A DNA stretch of 64,000 nucleotides from Ignavibacteriota bacterium. Its GTDB lineage: Bacteria > Bacteroidota > Ignavibacteria > UBA10030. The stretch is taken from positions 288,001 to 352,000 of the forward strand of contig CAVSHO010000011.1 in NCBI GenBank assembly GCA_963727825.1. The letters are read 5' to 3'. The notes beneath the pieces were generated by a model. It worked only from the letters and a program-made list of their open reading frames with translations, did not search any database and had not been told where the DNA came from. A program made the translations under genes and the position numbers. Of the stretch, positions 47,777-57,322 are shown piece after piece (positions within the stretch are counted from its first letter, which is position 1; each line of letters starts with the position of its first letter).

Positions 47777-50216
47777 CTTTTGTTCTAACTACCAATTCCG
47801 AGCTTTCCAGATTCTTCAACACTTGCTTTGCACGTTCTGTTACTTCTTCTGGCAAACCCGCCATTTGTGCAACTTGAATTCCGTACGAGTGATCGGCAAA
47901 GCCCGGCATCACTTTATGAAGAAAGATTACTTTATCTCCATATTCACGTACATCGACCTTGTAATTTTTGATGCGTGAAAAAACATCAGCAAGTTCATTT
48001 AATTCGTGATAGTGCGTTGCAAAAAGCGTCTTGGCGCCGATTCGTTCATGCAAATACTCTGTTAACGCCCAGGCAATGCTTATACCGTCGAACGTGCTTG
48101 TTCCACGTCCAATTTCATCGAGGAGAATTAGACTGTGCTCTGTCGCCGTGTTGACAATGTTCGCCGCTTCGTGCATTTCTACTAAGAAAGTACTTTCACC
48201 GGATGCAATATTGTCGCTCGCACCTACGCGTGTGTAAATTCTATCCACAATTCCAATACGCGCCGATGCAGCTGGAACAAAACTTCCAATCTGAGCAAGT
48301 AAAACATTCAAACCAATCTGTCGCAAGTAACTCGATTTGCCGCTCATATTCGGACCGGTGATAATTAGAATCTGATCCGATGCTGTATCAAGCAGTGTAT
48401 TATTCGGTGTATAATGCTCACCCGGTGGCAATAGTTTTTCTATAACCGGATGCCGCCCATCCTTGATTTCTATAAACAACGAATTATCCACAATTGGACA
48501 AGTATATTTATTCTCAACCGCTACATCGGCAAGCGATATAAAGCAGTCCAATGATGCAATTGCATAAGCATTAGTTTGAATTGTGCTTGCGTTTTCTGCA
48601 ATCTTTTGACGTAGTTCATTAAAAAGACGTGTTTCGAGCGTAAGAATTCTTTCTTCCGCGTGGAGAATTTTTTCTTCATATTCTTTCAATTCCGGAGTCA
48701 CAAAACGCTCGGCATTTGCCAGCGTTTGTTTGCGGATGTAATTATCCGGCACCTTGTCTTTGTGCGTATTCGTCACTTCAATATAATAACCAAACACATT
48801 ATTGAAACTGATCTTTAACGATGAAATGCCAGTGCGTTCCCGTTCTGACTGCTGATGTTTAGCCACCCAATCTTTAGCGCCAAATGCCAACGCGCGAATT
48901 TCATCCAGCTCTGTGTTATAACCATTCTTTATTACACCGCCATCCACAAAAGCCATTGGCGGATCATCGGTAATTGCTTTATCAATTGCTAAGACAAGAT
49001 CAGAGAGAGAATCAAGGTTCTTGTTGAGCGCTGTTAGCGTTTGACTTTTCAGATTTGAAATTTGGGATTTGAGATTTGGAATCAATTCCAGCATCGCTTT
49101 TAGTTGATTCACTTCGCGCGGATTTGCTCTGCCGGTTGCAATTTTTGCAATCAATCGTTCCAAATCGCCGATATGTCCTAACTCTTCCCGAATTTTACGA
49201 CGTGTTGACTCGTTCGTTACCAATTCCTGCACTGCATCAAGCCGCGCTTGGATTGGTTCTAATCGCTTCAATGGACGATTGATCCACTGTTTCAACATTC
49301 TCCCGCCCATCGGAGTAAGTGTACGATCAATGATTGAATAAAGTGTGCCTTCAGGTTGACCGGAGATATTGGCTGTAATTTCGAGATTACGTTTCGTCGA
49401 AGCATCCAGAACCATATATTCACTCACATCATGCGGAACAATTTTTTTTATATGCGGAATGTTCAACTTTTGAGTTTCCTGCAAATAATTCATTATTGCG
49501 CCGGCTGCAATTGTACCAATGCGCATTTCTTCAATACCAAAACCTTTTAGCGACTGTGTTTTGAAATGATTAATGAGCAACTCGTAAGCATAATCGGCGT
49601 TGAAGACCCAATCGTCCACTTTCGTATAGAGCACATGAAAATATTCGCCAATCAAAGTTTTTATCGTTTCCAAATCACGTTTCTGCACAAGTAATTCTTG
49701 CGGCTGTAGACTACTCGCCTGCTCAAAAAGTTGCTTCAACGGAAATTCACTCAGTCCGAATTCTCCAGTTGAGACATCAATAAATGCGAATCCGATCCGA
49801 TCCTCACTTGTTGCCAACGGAGACGGCAACGCCACCGCGGCTAGATAGTTATTTTGTTTTTGTTCTAACACTTTATCTGAGAACGCTACCCCTGGCGACA
49901 TAACTTCAACCACATCACGCTTGACAATGCCTTTTGCAAATTTTGGATCTTCTAACTGTTCACAAATGGCAACACGATATCCCGCGCGAAGAAGCTTGGG
50001 AAGATACAAATCAAGTGCATGATGAGGAAATCCGGCGAGAGGTGTTTCACCGGAGGTACCATTGCCTCGTTTAGTCAGCACAATCCCTAATACTTTAGAT
50101 GTTATCTTTGCATCTTCATCGAATGTTTCGAAAAAGTCGCCCATTCTGAAGAGAAGTATCGTATCAGGATATTTCGCCTTCACCTGCTGGTATTGTTTCA
50201 TTAATGGTGTCGACAT
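47718..50216 (-). CDS. mutS: DNA mismatch repair protein MutS (C-terminal tail out of frame)
   Basis: TPLMKQY, FRMGDFFETF, TGPNMSGKS, DEIGRGTSTFDG, FATHYHEL, SYGIQVA. Confidence 0.96.
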   Translation of the reverse strand: MSTPLMKQYQQVKAKYPDTILLFRMGDFFETFDEDAKITSKVLGIVLTKRGNGTSGETPLAGFPHHALDLYLPKLLRAGYRVAICEQLEDPKFAKGIVKRDVVEVMSPGVAFSDKVLEQKQNNYLAAVALPSPLATSEDRIGFAFIDVSTGEFGLSEFPLKQLFEQASSLQPQELLVQKRDLETIKTLIGEYFHVLYTKVDDWVFNADYAYELLINHFKTQSLKGFGIEEMRIGTIAAGAIMNYLQETQKLNIPHIKKIVPHDVSEYMVLDASTKRNLEITANISGQPEGTLYSIIDRTLTPMGGRMLKQWINRPLKRLEPIQARLDAVQELVTNESTRRKIREELGHIGDLERLIAKIATGRANPREVNQLKAMLELIPNLKSQISNLKSQTLTALNKNLDSLSDLVLAIDKAITDDPPMAFVDGGVIKNGYNTELDEIRALAFGAKDWVAKHQQSERERTGISSLKISFNNVFGYYIEVTNTHKDKVPDNYIRKQTLANAERFVTPELKEYEEKILHAEERILTLETRLFNELRQKIAENASTIQTNAYAIASLDCFISLADVAVENKYTCPIVDNSLFIEIKDGRHPVIEKLLPPGEHYTPNNTLLDTASDQILIITGPNMSGKSSYLRQIGLNVLLAQIGSFVPAASARIGIVDRIYTRVGASDNIASGESTFLVEMHEAANIVNTATEHSLILLDEIGRGTSTFDGISIAWALTEYLHERIGAKTLFATHYHELNELADVFSRIKNYKVDVREYGDKVIFLHKVMPGFADHSYGIQVAQMAGLPEEVTERAKQVLKNLESSELVVRTKEKKVARGENRQEECAINDV
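49050..49077. repeat. Four imperfect 7-bp tandem repeats inside mutS
   Basis: CAGATTT GAAATTT GGGATTT GAGATTT, encoding PNLKSQISNLKSQ. Confidence 0.7.
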
Positions 50217-50326
50217 AGAAGCAATGTAAAATAAAATAATTAATAATTATAAATGGAGAGATGTTTTCAGAAGTGAATGATTAGTTATCAGTGTTCCATG
50301 CGGCGCACTTTGTTACTTTCCGCTTC

Positions 50327-51109
50327 CTACTTAATCTTTCCTATTCCCCACTTCTTCATTGTTTCAAACATTTTATAATCTGTTAGATCGTATTGAATAG
50401 GCGTGACAGAAATATAATTACTGCGTACTGCGGCTTCATCAAATTCTAAATCTGTATCAACTTTTTCTAATCCGCCGGTAAGCCAATAGTACTCACGATT
50501 ATTTGGATCTCGCCTATGATCGAATGTATCATTCCACACTGCTTTGCCTTGCCGAGTAATAAGTACACCTTTAATCTCTTTGGAATTCAAAGGAGGAACA
50601 TTGACATTTAGCAGAGTACTTGACGGAAGTCCGTGTTTGCCGATTAGTAAAACGAGTTTTCTTGCAAACTTTGCCGCATATCGAAAATCCGCCGGTGCGT
50701 AAGTGGTCAAAGAAACTGCGATGGACGGAATACCAAGTATCGTTCCTTCAGTCGCAGCTGAAACTGTACCAGAATATATGATGCTTATTGCCGTGTTGGA
50801 ACCATGATTGATACCGGAAACAACTAAATCTGGCTCGCGTTTAAGAATAGCGCGTACTGCAAGCTTTACACAATCAGCAGGTGTGCCTTGTACAGCATAA
50901 CCAAAGAACTTTCCATCTTTCTTAAATTCTTTGACACGCAGCGGATAATTCATCGTTATAGCATGACCGACGGCGCTTTGCTGCTTGTCCGGCGCTACTA
51001 CTGTCACGATCCCGATCTTTTTCATTTCTTGCACAAGCGCATAAATACCCGGTGCATCAATGCCATCATCGTTTGAGACAAGAATACTGAGCTTTCGTTT
51101 TGATTTCAT
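50327..51109 (-). CDS. surE: 5'/3'-nucleotidase SurE
   Basis: SNDDG, VAPD, GTPADCV, SGINHGSN, YSGT, SVTP. Confidence 0.96.
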   Translation of the reverse strand: MKSKRKLSILVSNDDGIDAPGIYALVQEMKKIGIVTVVAPDKQQSAVGHAITMNYPLRVKEFKKDGKFFGYAVQGTPADCVKLAVRAILKREPDLVVSGINHGSNTAISIIYSGTVSAATEGTILGIPSIAVSLTTYAPADFRYAAKFARKLVLLIGKHGLPSSTLLNVNVPPLNSKEIKGVLITRQGKAVWNDTFDHRRDPNNREYYWLTGGLEKVDTDLEFDEAAVRSNYISVTPIQYDLTDYKMFETMKKWGIGKIK

Positions 51110-51189
51110 AATTTATTTTAATACTGGTAAAATCGCAAAGATATAGGGTGCCTTTACTTGCATACTTTTACGGTTTTATCTTGCTTAGT

Positions 51190-52014
51190 TTAATAGCTTT
51201 CTTTTTGCGTTGGAAATTTTTCTTCTTTAACATCTTTTACATACCCGCTAACACTTAGGCGAATCGTTTCAGCAAGATGCGTATAATACCTAACAAAGCG
51301 CGGATGGAAATCTTCGTTCAACCCTAGCATATCAGATACCACAAGAATCTGCCCATCGCAATGCAAGCCGGCACCAATACCTATGGTCGGAATCTTAAGT
51401 GACTTTGTTACTTTGGCAGCAAGCTCGGATGGAATTTTCTCGAGTACAATGCCAAATGCTCCGGCTTCTTCTAAAATCTTCGCATCTTTAAGCAATTGCT
51501 TTGCCTCAGAAGGTGTTGTACCGCGTGGAGTAAAACCGCCGAATTGATGAATTGATTGCGGCGTCAATCCTAGGTGCCCCATTACCGGAATTCCTGCACG
51601 AACCATTATATGCACTAAATTGGCAGAACGCTCACCGCCTTCAAGTTTCACACCGCCAGCACCTGTTTCCTTCATTATGCGGCCAGCATTGCGAAACCCT
51701 TCTTCATCATTCGCCTGGTAAGACATAAATGGCATATCAATTATCACCATCGCCCGATCTACACCGCGGACAACTGTCTTCGCATGATAAATCATTTCAT
51801 CAAGTGTAACTGGCAGTGTCGTTTCTTGTCCCTGAAAAACATTTGCGAGTGAATCACCTACAAGAATAAGATCAATTCCTGATTGATCGAGCAAATGAGC
51901 AGTGATATAATCGTACGCTGTCAGGCAGGCGATTCGTGAACCGTTTTTTTTCATTGCTGCAATAACTTTTGTCGTAATTTTCTTCGGGCCTGATGTCGTG
52001 GATGAATTTTTCAT
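51190..52014 (-). CDS. panB: 3-methyl-2-oxobutanoate hydroxymethyltransferase
   Basis: LTAYD, LVGDS, DMPFMSY, VKLEGG, GHLGLTPQS, IGIGAG. Confidence 0.97.
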   Translation of the reverse strand: MKNSSTTSGPKKITTKVIAAMKKNGSRIACLTAYDYITAHLLDQSGIDLILVGDSLANVFQGQETTLPVTLDEMIYHAKTVVRGVDRAMVIIDMPFMSYQANDEEGFRNAGRIMKETGAGGVKLEGGERSANLVHIMVRAGIPVMGHLGLTPQSIHQFGGFTPRGTTPSEAKQLLKDAKILEEAGAFGIVLEKIPSELAAKVTKSLKIPTIGIGAGLHCDGQILVVSDMLGLNEDFHPRFVRYYTHLAETIRLSVSGYVKDVKEEKFPTQKESY

Positions 52015-52787
52015 ATTGTCACCTTTTGTTCTTCATCATTTAAATTTACAACTTCCGGAGAAATCGACCATGCATTCCGGAATCCATGCAGAATTGCTTT
52101 TGCGATCTCATCGAATTTTACTATTCGATTTAAAACCGTTGATAGATCGGTTGTCTTTTCATCAAGTTCCTGCTTCAAAGAGACACGGTGTTCTTCCGAT
52201 GGAAGATTTAGAAAATCCACTATTTGCTTGTGTTCGGAACCAAGCAGAATAGAACCATGTTGCAATACCACTTCTTCGCCATTAACAGCGTTATAGCGCC
52301 GTTGAGCACTACCAACAAGCTTTTTACCGTAACATTTAATTTCATATCGTCCAGTGCTCGAGAAGCATGCCACTGCAGAAGCAGCTCGATAGAGCGACGG
52401 AAAATGCGGCTGACTCTTCTCGATAGCCACAGGTGCGCCAAGCTCCTGCAATCCGGCAATAAGAGCTCGGCTGATATCTTCATAAACAGTTAGAACATTT
52501 TTATCCTTCACCTGCATAACGACACTATATGTCATTTCATTTGCATGCAAAATTGCTCGTCCACCTGTGGGACGACGAACCACGTCGATACCTGCTATCG
52601 ATGTTTTGTTGAGATCAATTTCATCTATCGATTGATTCCAACCGAGTGAAATGGCAACCGGTTGCCAGCCATACACTCGAATAGTGGAATTACCATTACC
52701 ATCGATGAGGGCTCGGGCAAGAGCTTCGTCATACTCCATATTAAAAACACCAGAACGAGTGCCGGTGTTTTCAAATCGCCAATTCAT
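52011..52787 (-). CDS. Lipoate-protein ligase A / LipM-like octanoyltransferase
   Basis: NMEYDEAL, RRPTGGRAILH, KLVGSAQ, QHGSI. Confidence 0.88.
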   Translation of the reverse strand: MNWRFENTGTRSGVFNMEYDEALARALIDGNGNSTIRVYGWQPVAISLGWNQSIDEIDLNKTSIAGIDVVRRPTGGRAILHANEMTYSVVMQVKDKNVLTVYEDISRALIAGLQELGAPVAIEKSQPHFPSLYRAASAVACFSSTGRYEIKCYGKKLVGSAQRRYNAVNGEEVVLQHGSILLGSEHKQIVDFLNLPSEEHRVSLKQELDEKTTDLSTVLNRIVKFDEIAKAILHGFRNAWSISPEVVNLNDEEQKVTI

Positions 52788-52794
52788 ATTCTTT

Positions 52795-53586
52795 CTAGTG
52801 ATGACAAGGACCCGGAATAATACCGCGCCTACTGCTTGCTATGAAATCAATAATGTTTTGAATCTCAGGTGATTGTTCCAATTCTTCCTTGATGCGTACA
52901 ACTGCCTGTGAAACATTCAAGTTGGATTGATAGATAAGAATGTACGCTTTGTCTATTAAATCTATTGCTTCCCGATTAAAACCGCGACGGCGGAGTCCGA
53001 TAGAATTTAATCCTTCAAACACCATCGGCTCTCGGCCTGACCGAATGTAAGGCGGAATATCTTTTGCAGCCCGATACCCGCCGCCAACCATCGTATGATC
53101 TCCGATGTGAACGAATTGATGAACTGGTGTCAACCCACCAATAATCACCCAGTTATCAAGAGTGACATGACCCGCTAATGCCACGCTGTTCGCCAAAATG
53201 CAATTATCACCAACAATGCAATCATGCCCTACGTGTGCATTAACCATAAACATACAATTGCTGCCTATGATAGTCTTCCCTGTTTCAATTGTTCCACGGT
53301 TCAACGTGACATATTCACGAATATCGCACTTGTCACCAATTTCTATAAGTGTCGGCTCGCCTTTAAATTTTAAATCTTGCGGTGGGCCACCGATGACTGA
53401 GAACGAAGCGATTTTGCATCCTTTGCCAATACGCGCTCCGTCCTGAATAATTGCATAGGGTGCAATAGTTGAGTTATCTCCAATGATAACATCATCGCCA
53501 AGAATCGCCGAAGGACCAATTGTAACATTCTCGCCAAGCTGTGCTTTTTTCCCAACCAACGCCAAAGGATGAATATTAACACCCAT
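52795..53586 (-). CDS. lpxA: UDP-N-acetylglucosamine acyltransferase
   Basis: Hexapeptide repeats; PQDLKF, HVGHDC, VHQF, GLNSIGLRRRGF. Confidence 0.96.
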   Translation of the reverse strand: MGVNIHPLALVGKKAQLGENVTIGPSAILGDDVIIGDNSTIAPYAIIQDGARIGKGCKIASFSVIGGPPQDLKFKGEPTLIEIGDKCDIREYVTLNRGTIETGKTIIGSNCMFMVNAHVGHDCIVGDNCILANSVALAGHVTLDNWVIIGGLTPVHQFVHIGDHTMVGGGYRAAKDIPPYIRSGREPMVFEGLNSIGLRRRGFNREAIDLIDKAYILIYQSNLNVSQAVVRIKEELEQSPEIQNIIDFIASSRRGIIPGPCHH

Positions 53587-53612
53587 ATTTTTTTCTCATT
53601 ATATTTTTAAAA

Positions 53613-55025
53613 TCATTTTGCTTTTGCTTCTTCACGATCAACGAGTGCCGCGGTAAAATCACCTTCTGCTACCACTATACCGTCCACCAGAGCTTCACCG
53701 CGAATCTGGATTACTTTAGAACGACGGCTCACCATTTTAACATCAAGGATCAGTTGATCGCCGGGCACAACCGGTTTACGGAACTTCACATTATTGATCG
53801 CCATAAAGAATACTAATTTGTTGCCGGTATTTTCAGTACCGTTCAGCATCAGAACACCGCCTGCCTGCGCGAGTGCTTCCACGATCAACACACCAGGCAT
53901 AATCGGCTTGTCCGGAAAGTGACCTTGAAAGAACTGTTCGTTCATCGTCACATTTTTAACGCCAACAGCATGTTCATCCATCTGAAAATCAATAATTTTA
54001 TCAACAAGAAGGAATGGATAACGATGCGGCAATATACGCTGGATGGCATTAACATCAAAAATTACACCTTCTTTTTTCTCATGCTGATACTTACGCACGA
54101 TTTTATTTTGTTGATACAGCTTTCGAACCTTACGGGCAAATTCAATATTAGCTGCATGACCGGGGCGGGCAGCAAGTATTTGTGCTTTAATTGGTGCACC
54201 AATGAGCGCGAGATCACCAATCATGTCTAACAATTTATGCCGTGCCGGTTCATTGCGATAAAGAAGTTTTTTATCGTTCAATACACCAGAAGAGCCAAGA
54301 ATTACCGAATGATCGAGACCCAATTTATGCACTAATTTTTTAATTTGATCGTCGGATAGGTCGCTATCAACGATGACGACGGCATTATCAAGATTTCCCC
54401 CTTTAATCAAGCCTTGATCATACAACATTTCAACTTCATGGAGGAAGCAAAACGTGCGTGCCGAGGAAAATTCAGAGACAAACTCTTTTTCAAGATTGAA
54501 TAAACCTGTGTGCTGACTTCCTAATGCTGGATTGTTATAGTCAATCATTACTGTGACACGAAAATCATCTGTCGGCAACGCAACGATTTCGACGCCGCGA
54601 ACAGGATCCTGATAATGGATAACTTGATCTATGATGAGATAATCTTTCGGTGCTTCCTGATCTTCTAAACCTGCCTCAAGCAGCATATCTACAAACGGTT
54701 TCGAGCTGCCATCACGTATAGGAGGTTCGATGTTGTTGAGTTCAATAACTATATTATCAACCTGTAATCCGGCAATAGCGGCAAGAACATGCTCAACAGT
54801 ATGCACTCTTGTATTACCGATTCCTAAGGTTGTTCCGCGTTGAAGATCAACTACGTGGTCAACATCGGCTGGAATTTCCGGCGAATCCTGTAGATCAACT
54901 CGGCGAAATCGGATGCCATAATTTTCGGGAGCAGGTTTGAAAGTCATCGTTGTTGTCACGCCTGTATGAAGTCCTATACCAGACATAGAGACAGGTTTCT
55001 TAATAGTCATTTGCTGAACAAGCAT
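53613..55025 (-). CDS. lpxC: Bifunctional LpxC deacetylase / FabZ dehydratase
   Basis: GIGLHTG, TVEHVL, HKLLD (LpxC) followed by LPHRYPFLLVD, GHFP...MPGVL (FabZ). Confidence 0.96.
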   Translation of the reverse strand: MLVQQMTIKKPVSMSGIGLHTGVTTTMTFKPAPENYGIRFRRVDLQDSPEIPADVDHVVDLQRGTTLGIGNTRVHTVEHVLAAIAGLQVDNIVIELNNIEPPIRDGSSKPFVDMLLEAGLEDQEAPKDYLIIDQVIHYQDPVRGVEIVALPTDDFRVTVMIDYNNPALGSQHTGLFNLEKEFVSEFSSARTFCFLHEVEMLYDQGLIKGGNLDNAVVIVDSDLSDDQIKKLVHKLGLDHSVILGSSGVLNDKKLLYRNEPARHKLLDMIGDLALIGAPIKAQILAARPGHAANIEFARKVRKLYQQNKIVRKYQHEKKEGVIFDVNAIQRILPHRYPFLLVDKIIDFQMDEHAVGVKNVTMNEQFFQGHFPDKPIMPGVLIVEALAQAGGVLMLNGTENTGNKLVFFMAINNVKFRKPVVPGDQLILDVKMVSRRSKVIQIRGEALVDGIVVAEGDFTAALVDREEAKAK

Positions 55026-55045
55026 GCTTTCTACCTCTCCTTTTT

Positions 55046-56110
55046 TTATTTTTTTAAAAGCTTTTGTTCGAGATCAGCAACTTTTTTCTTTAGCGCTGTA
55101 AATTCGTGCAGTATATCCGGCAACATCTTCATTGCTATGTATGCACGCTGTGCTTTTCTTGCTTCATCGGCAGGAGTTCCGAAAAAGGATTTGCCTGGTT
55201 CATTAATGTTATCATGAACACCTGATTGCGCCATAATAACCGTGTGGTCTGCTATCTCGATATGGCCTGCTAATCCTACCTGTCCGCCGATCATGCAATA
55301 CTTGCCAATTTTCGTACTGCCACTTATTCCTGTCTGTGCAGCTATTACTGTGTTCTCACCGACATCAACATTGTGCGCAATCTGAACAAGGTTGTCTATC
55401 TTCACGCCACGGTGGATATGAGTATCACCCATCACCGCACGATCGATGGTGGTGTTGGCACCAACCTCTACATCGTCCTCGATGGTAACAATACCAAGCT
55501 GGGGAATCTTTTCGTATGTGCCGCCTGGTTTCGGTGCAAACCCAAATCCATCCGACCCGATCACCGCACCAGAATGAAGAACGACTCTATTCCCTATTAT
55601 GCATTGATGATAAACAACAACATTAGGATAGAGCATACAATCTGCTCCAACTTGCGCTTGTACTCCGATTATGCAACCTTCGCCGATCTTTGTGCTACTA
55701 CCTACAACTGCATTTGCACCAACTACAGCATACGCTCCTATCGATACATTCTTTCCCAATGTTGCATTAGATGAAATAACAGCGGTTGGATGGATACTGG
55801 AGATAAATGGATCGATCGTAGGTGTTAAGCGTTTCAATACATGCAGAAACGCAATATACGGGTCGTCAACACGGATAAATATAATTGAAGCTCGACTTTC
55901 AATTTTCTTTAGGTCGAGCTTTCTAGATATTAGTACTGCCGTTGCATTGGTGGCGCCGAGGTGCTTTTGATACTTCGGGTTAGCTAAAAAAGTGAGACTG
56001 CCAGATGTTGCTTCTTCAATTTTTGCAACATGGTCGATCTCTGGCTCACCTTCAATATTGCCGCCCACGATTTCACCGCCAAGCCACTCCGCAATTTCAC
56101 GAATGGTCAT
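55046..56110 (-). CDS. lpxD: UDP-3-O-acylglucosamine N-acyltransferase
   Basis: [31 protein letters not shown]. Confidence 0.96.
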   Translation of the reverse strand: MTIREIAEWLGGEIVGGNIEGEPEIDHVAKIEEATSGSLTFLANPKYQKHLGATNATAVLISRKLDLKKIESRASIIFIRVDDPYIAFLHVLKRLTPTIDPFISSIHPTAVISSNATLGKNVSIGAYAVVGANAVVGSSTKIGEGCIIGVQAQVGADCMLYPNVVVYHQCIIGNRVVLHSGAVIGSDGFGFAPKPGGTYEKIPQLGIVTIEDDVEVGANTTIDRAVMGDTHIHRGVKIDNLVQIAHNVDVGENTVIAAQTGISGSTKIGKYCMIGGQVGLAGHIEIADHTVIMAQSGVHDNINEPGKSFFGTPADEARKAQRAYIAMKMLPDILHEFTALKKKVADLEQKLLKK

Positions 56111-56124
56111 AAGTCGTGGCCGCG

Positions 56125-56685
56125 TTATTTTGTGACAGACGGAGTTGTTGTAGTCACTTTAAGCTTGGAAAAGATTTTTTGTGTCAGGTCGTACTTTTCA
56201 TTTGCGTACATCAATAAGATATCACCGCTTTTATCAAATACGTAATCATATCCATCTTCGCGCGCCACATCCTGTACAGCTTTGAATACGCGGTCCTGCA
56301 CCGGCTTCATCAATTCATTTTGCTTGTTGAACAACTCGCCGTTTTGTCCAAACTTTTGTGTGCGGAAATCGACTATTTTCTGATCCATATCCCGCAATTC
56401 ACGTTCAGCTTCTGCACGACGTTGTTCAGTCATAATAAGTTTCCGTTTATCGTAATCATCAAACTTCTTTTTCCACTCATCCTGCATCTTGTTCAACTCT
56501 TGCTGCCAATCGGCAACGAATTGATCAAGCTGCTTCTGAGCGTCCTGTGCATCCGGAAGTTGCTTCATGATCGCTTCAGAATTAAAGTAAGCAATCTTCA
56601 TTTGTGCGCTTGTTTTTATCGCAAATAATAACGATAAGAATGCAACCAAAGCTAATATTTTCTTCATGTCCTCTTTCTCCATCAA
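56125..56685 (-). CDS. skp: Skp/OmpH periplasmic chaperone
   Basis: KIAYFNSE...LP, YDYVFDK, DLT; downstream of bamA. Confidence 0.9.
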   Translation of the reverse strand: MMEKEDMKKILALVAFLSLLFAIKTSAQMKIAYFNSEAIMKQLPDAQDAQKQLDQFVADWQQELNKMQDEWKKKFDDYDKRKLIMTEQRRAEAERELRDMDQKIVDFRTQKFGQNGELFNKQNELMKPVQDRVFKAVQDVAREDGYDYVFDKSGDILLMYANEKYDLTQKIFSKLKVTTTTPSVTK

Positions 56686-56709
56686 TCATTCATTGGGAGA
56701 CATAACAAA

Positions 56710-57273
56710 TCATTTAACTTCTTTCGACTTTGTTGTCGCTGGAGCTGCTGAGCCTCTCTTTAATTGATCGATCACTTTATAAGTAAGATCAAACTTTGCA
56801 TCTGCATAAAGCAGATTAGTAGCCGTTTCCAGCTTGTCAAACACATAATTGAATCCATCTTCTTTTGCTACTTTTTCTATGACTTTCATTACACGTTCCT
56901 GAATAGGCGCAAACTTCTTTTCACGTAGCTTTACTGCTTCACCATTTTGTTGATCAAACTTCTGGTATTGATACTCACGTGCTTTCTGTTGAAGGTCCTG
57001 CAAGTCTTTTTCTTTATCAGCTTTTGCTTTCGGATCGAGCAGCGCTTGCTTTTTCTGATAATCTTCTAAATTATCTTGAAGCTCTTTACTCATACGTTCT
57101 AGTTCGTCCTGCCATACTTTGATCGTGGTTTCAAGCTCTTTTTTCACCTGTTGAGCTTCGGGAAGTTCACGCAGAATAATCTCAGAATTAACGTATGCAA
57201 TCTTGGCTGCCTGTGCTGTGCTGATGGATGCAACCAAAACGACCATCGCAGCAATTAAAATGATTTTTTTCAA
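56710..57273 (-). CDS. skp: Skp/OmpH periplasmic chaperone (second copy)
   Basis: KIAYVNSE...LPE, FNYVFDK, LLYAD...DLT. Confidence 0.9.
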   Translation of the reverse strand: MKKIILIAAMVVLVASISTAQAAKIAYVNSEIILRELPEAQQVKKELETTIKVWQDELERMSKELQDNLEDYQKKQALLDPKAKADKEKDLQDLQQKAREYQYQKFDQQNGEAVKLREKKFAPIQERVMKVIEKVAKEDGFNYVFDKLETATNLLYADAKFDLTYKVIDQLKRGSAAPATTKSKEVK

Positions 57274-57322
57274 GGGACCCTCGTTTAATTAAGTTAATGA
57301 ATGTTTAATTGCAATTAATAAT

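Noticed and set aside
47765-47785. dnaX-like A AAA AAG programmed -1 frameshift in mutS
   Set aside because: The heptamer is present, but the tail is in the +1 frame and the -1 frame stops within a few codons
53613-57273. LpxC-FabZ fusion and duplicated skp as novelties
   Set aside because: Both are standard in Bacteroidota/Chlorobiota-related genomes
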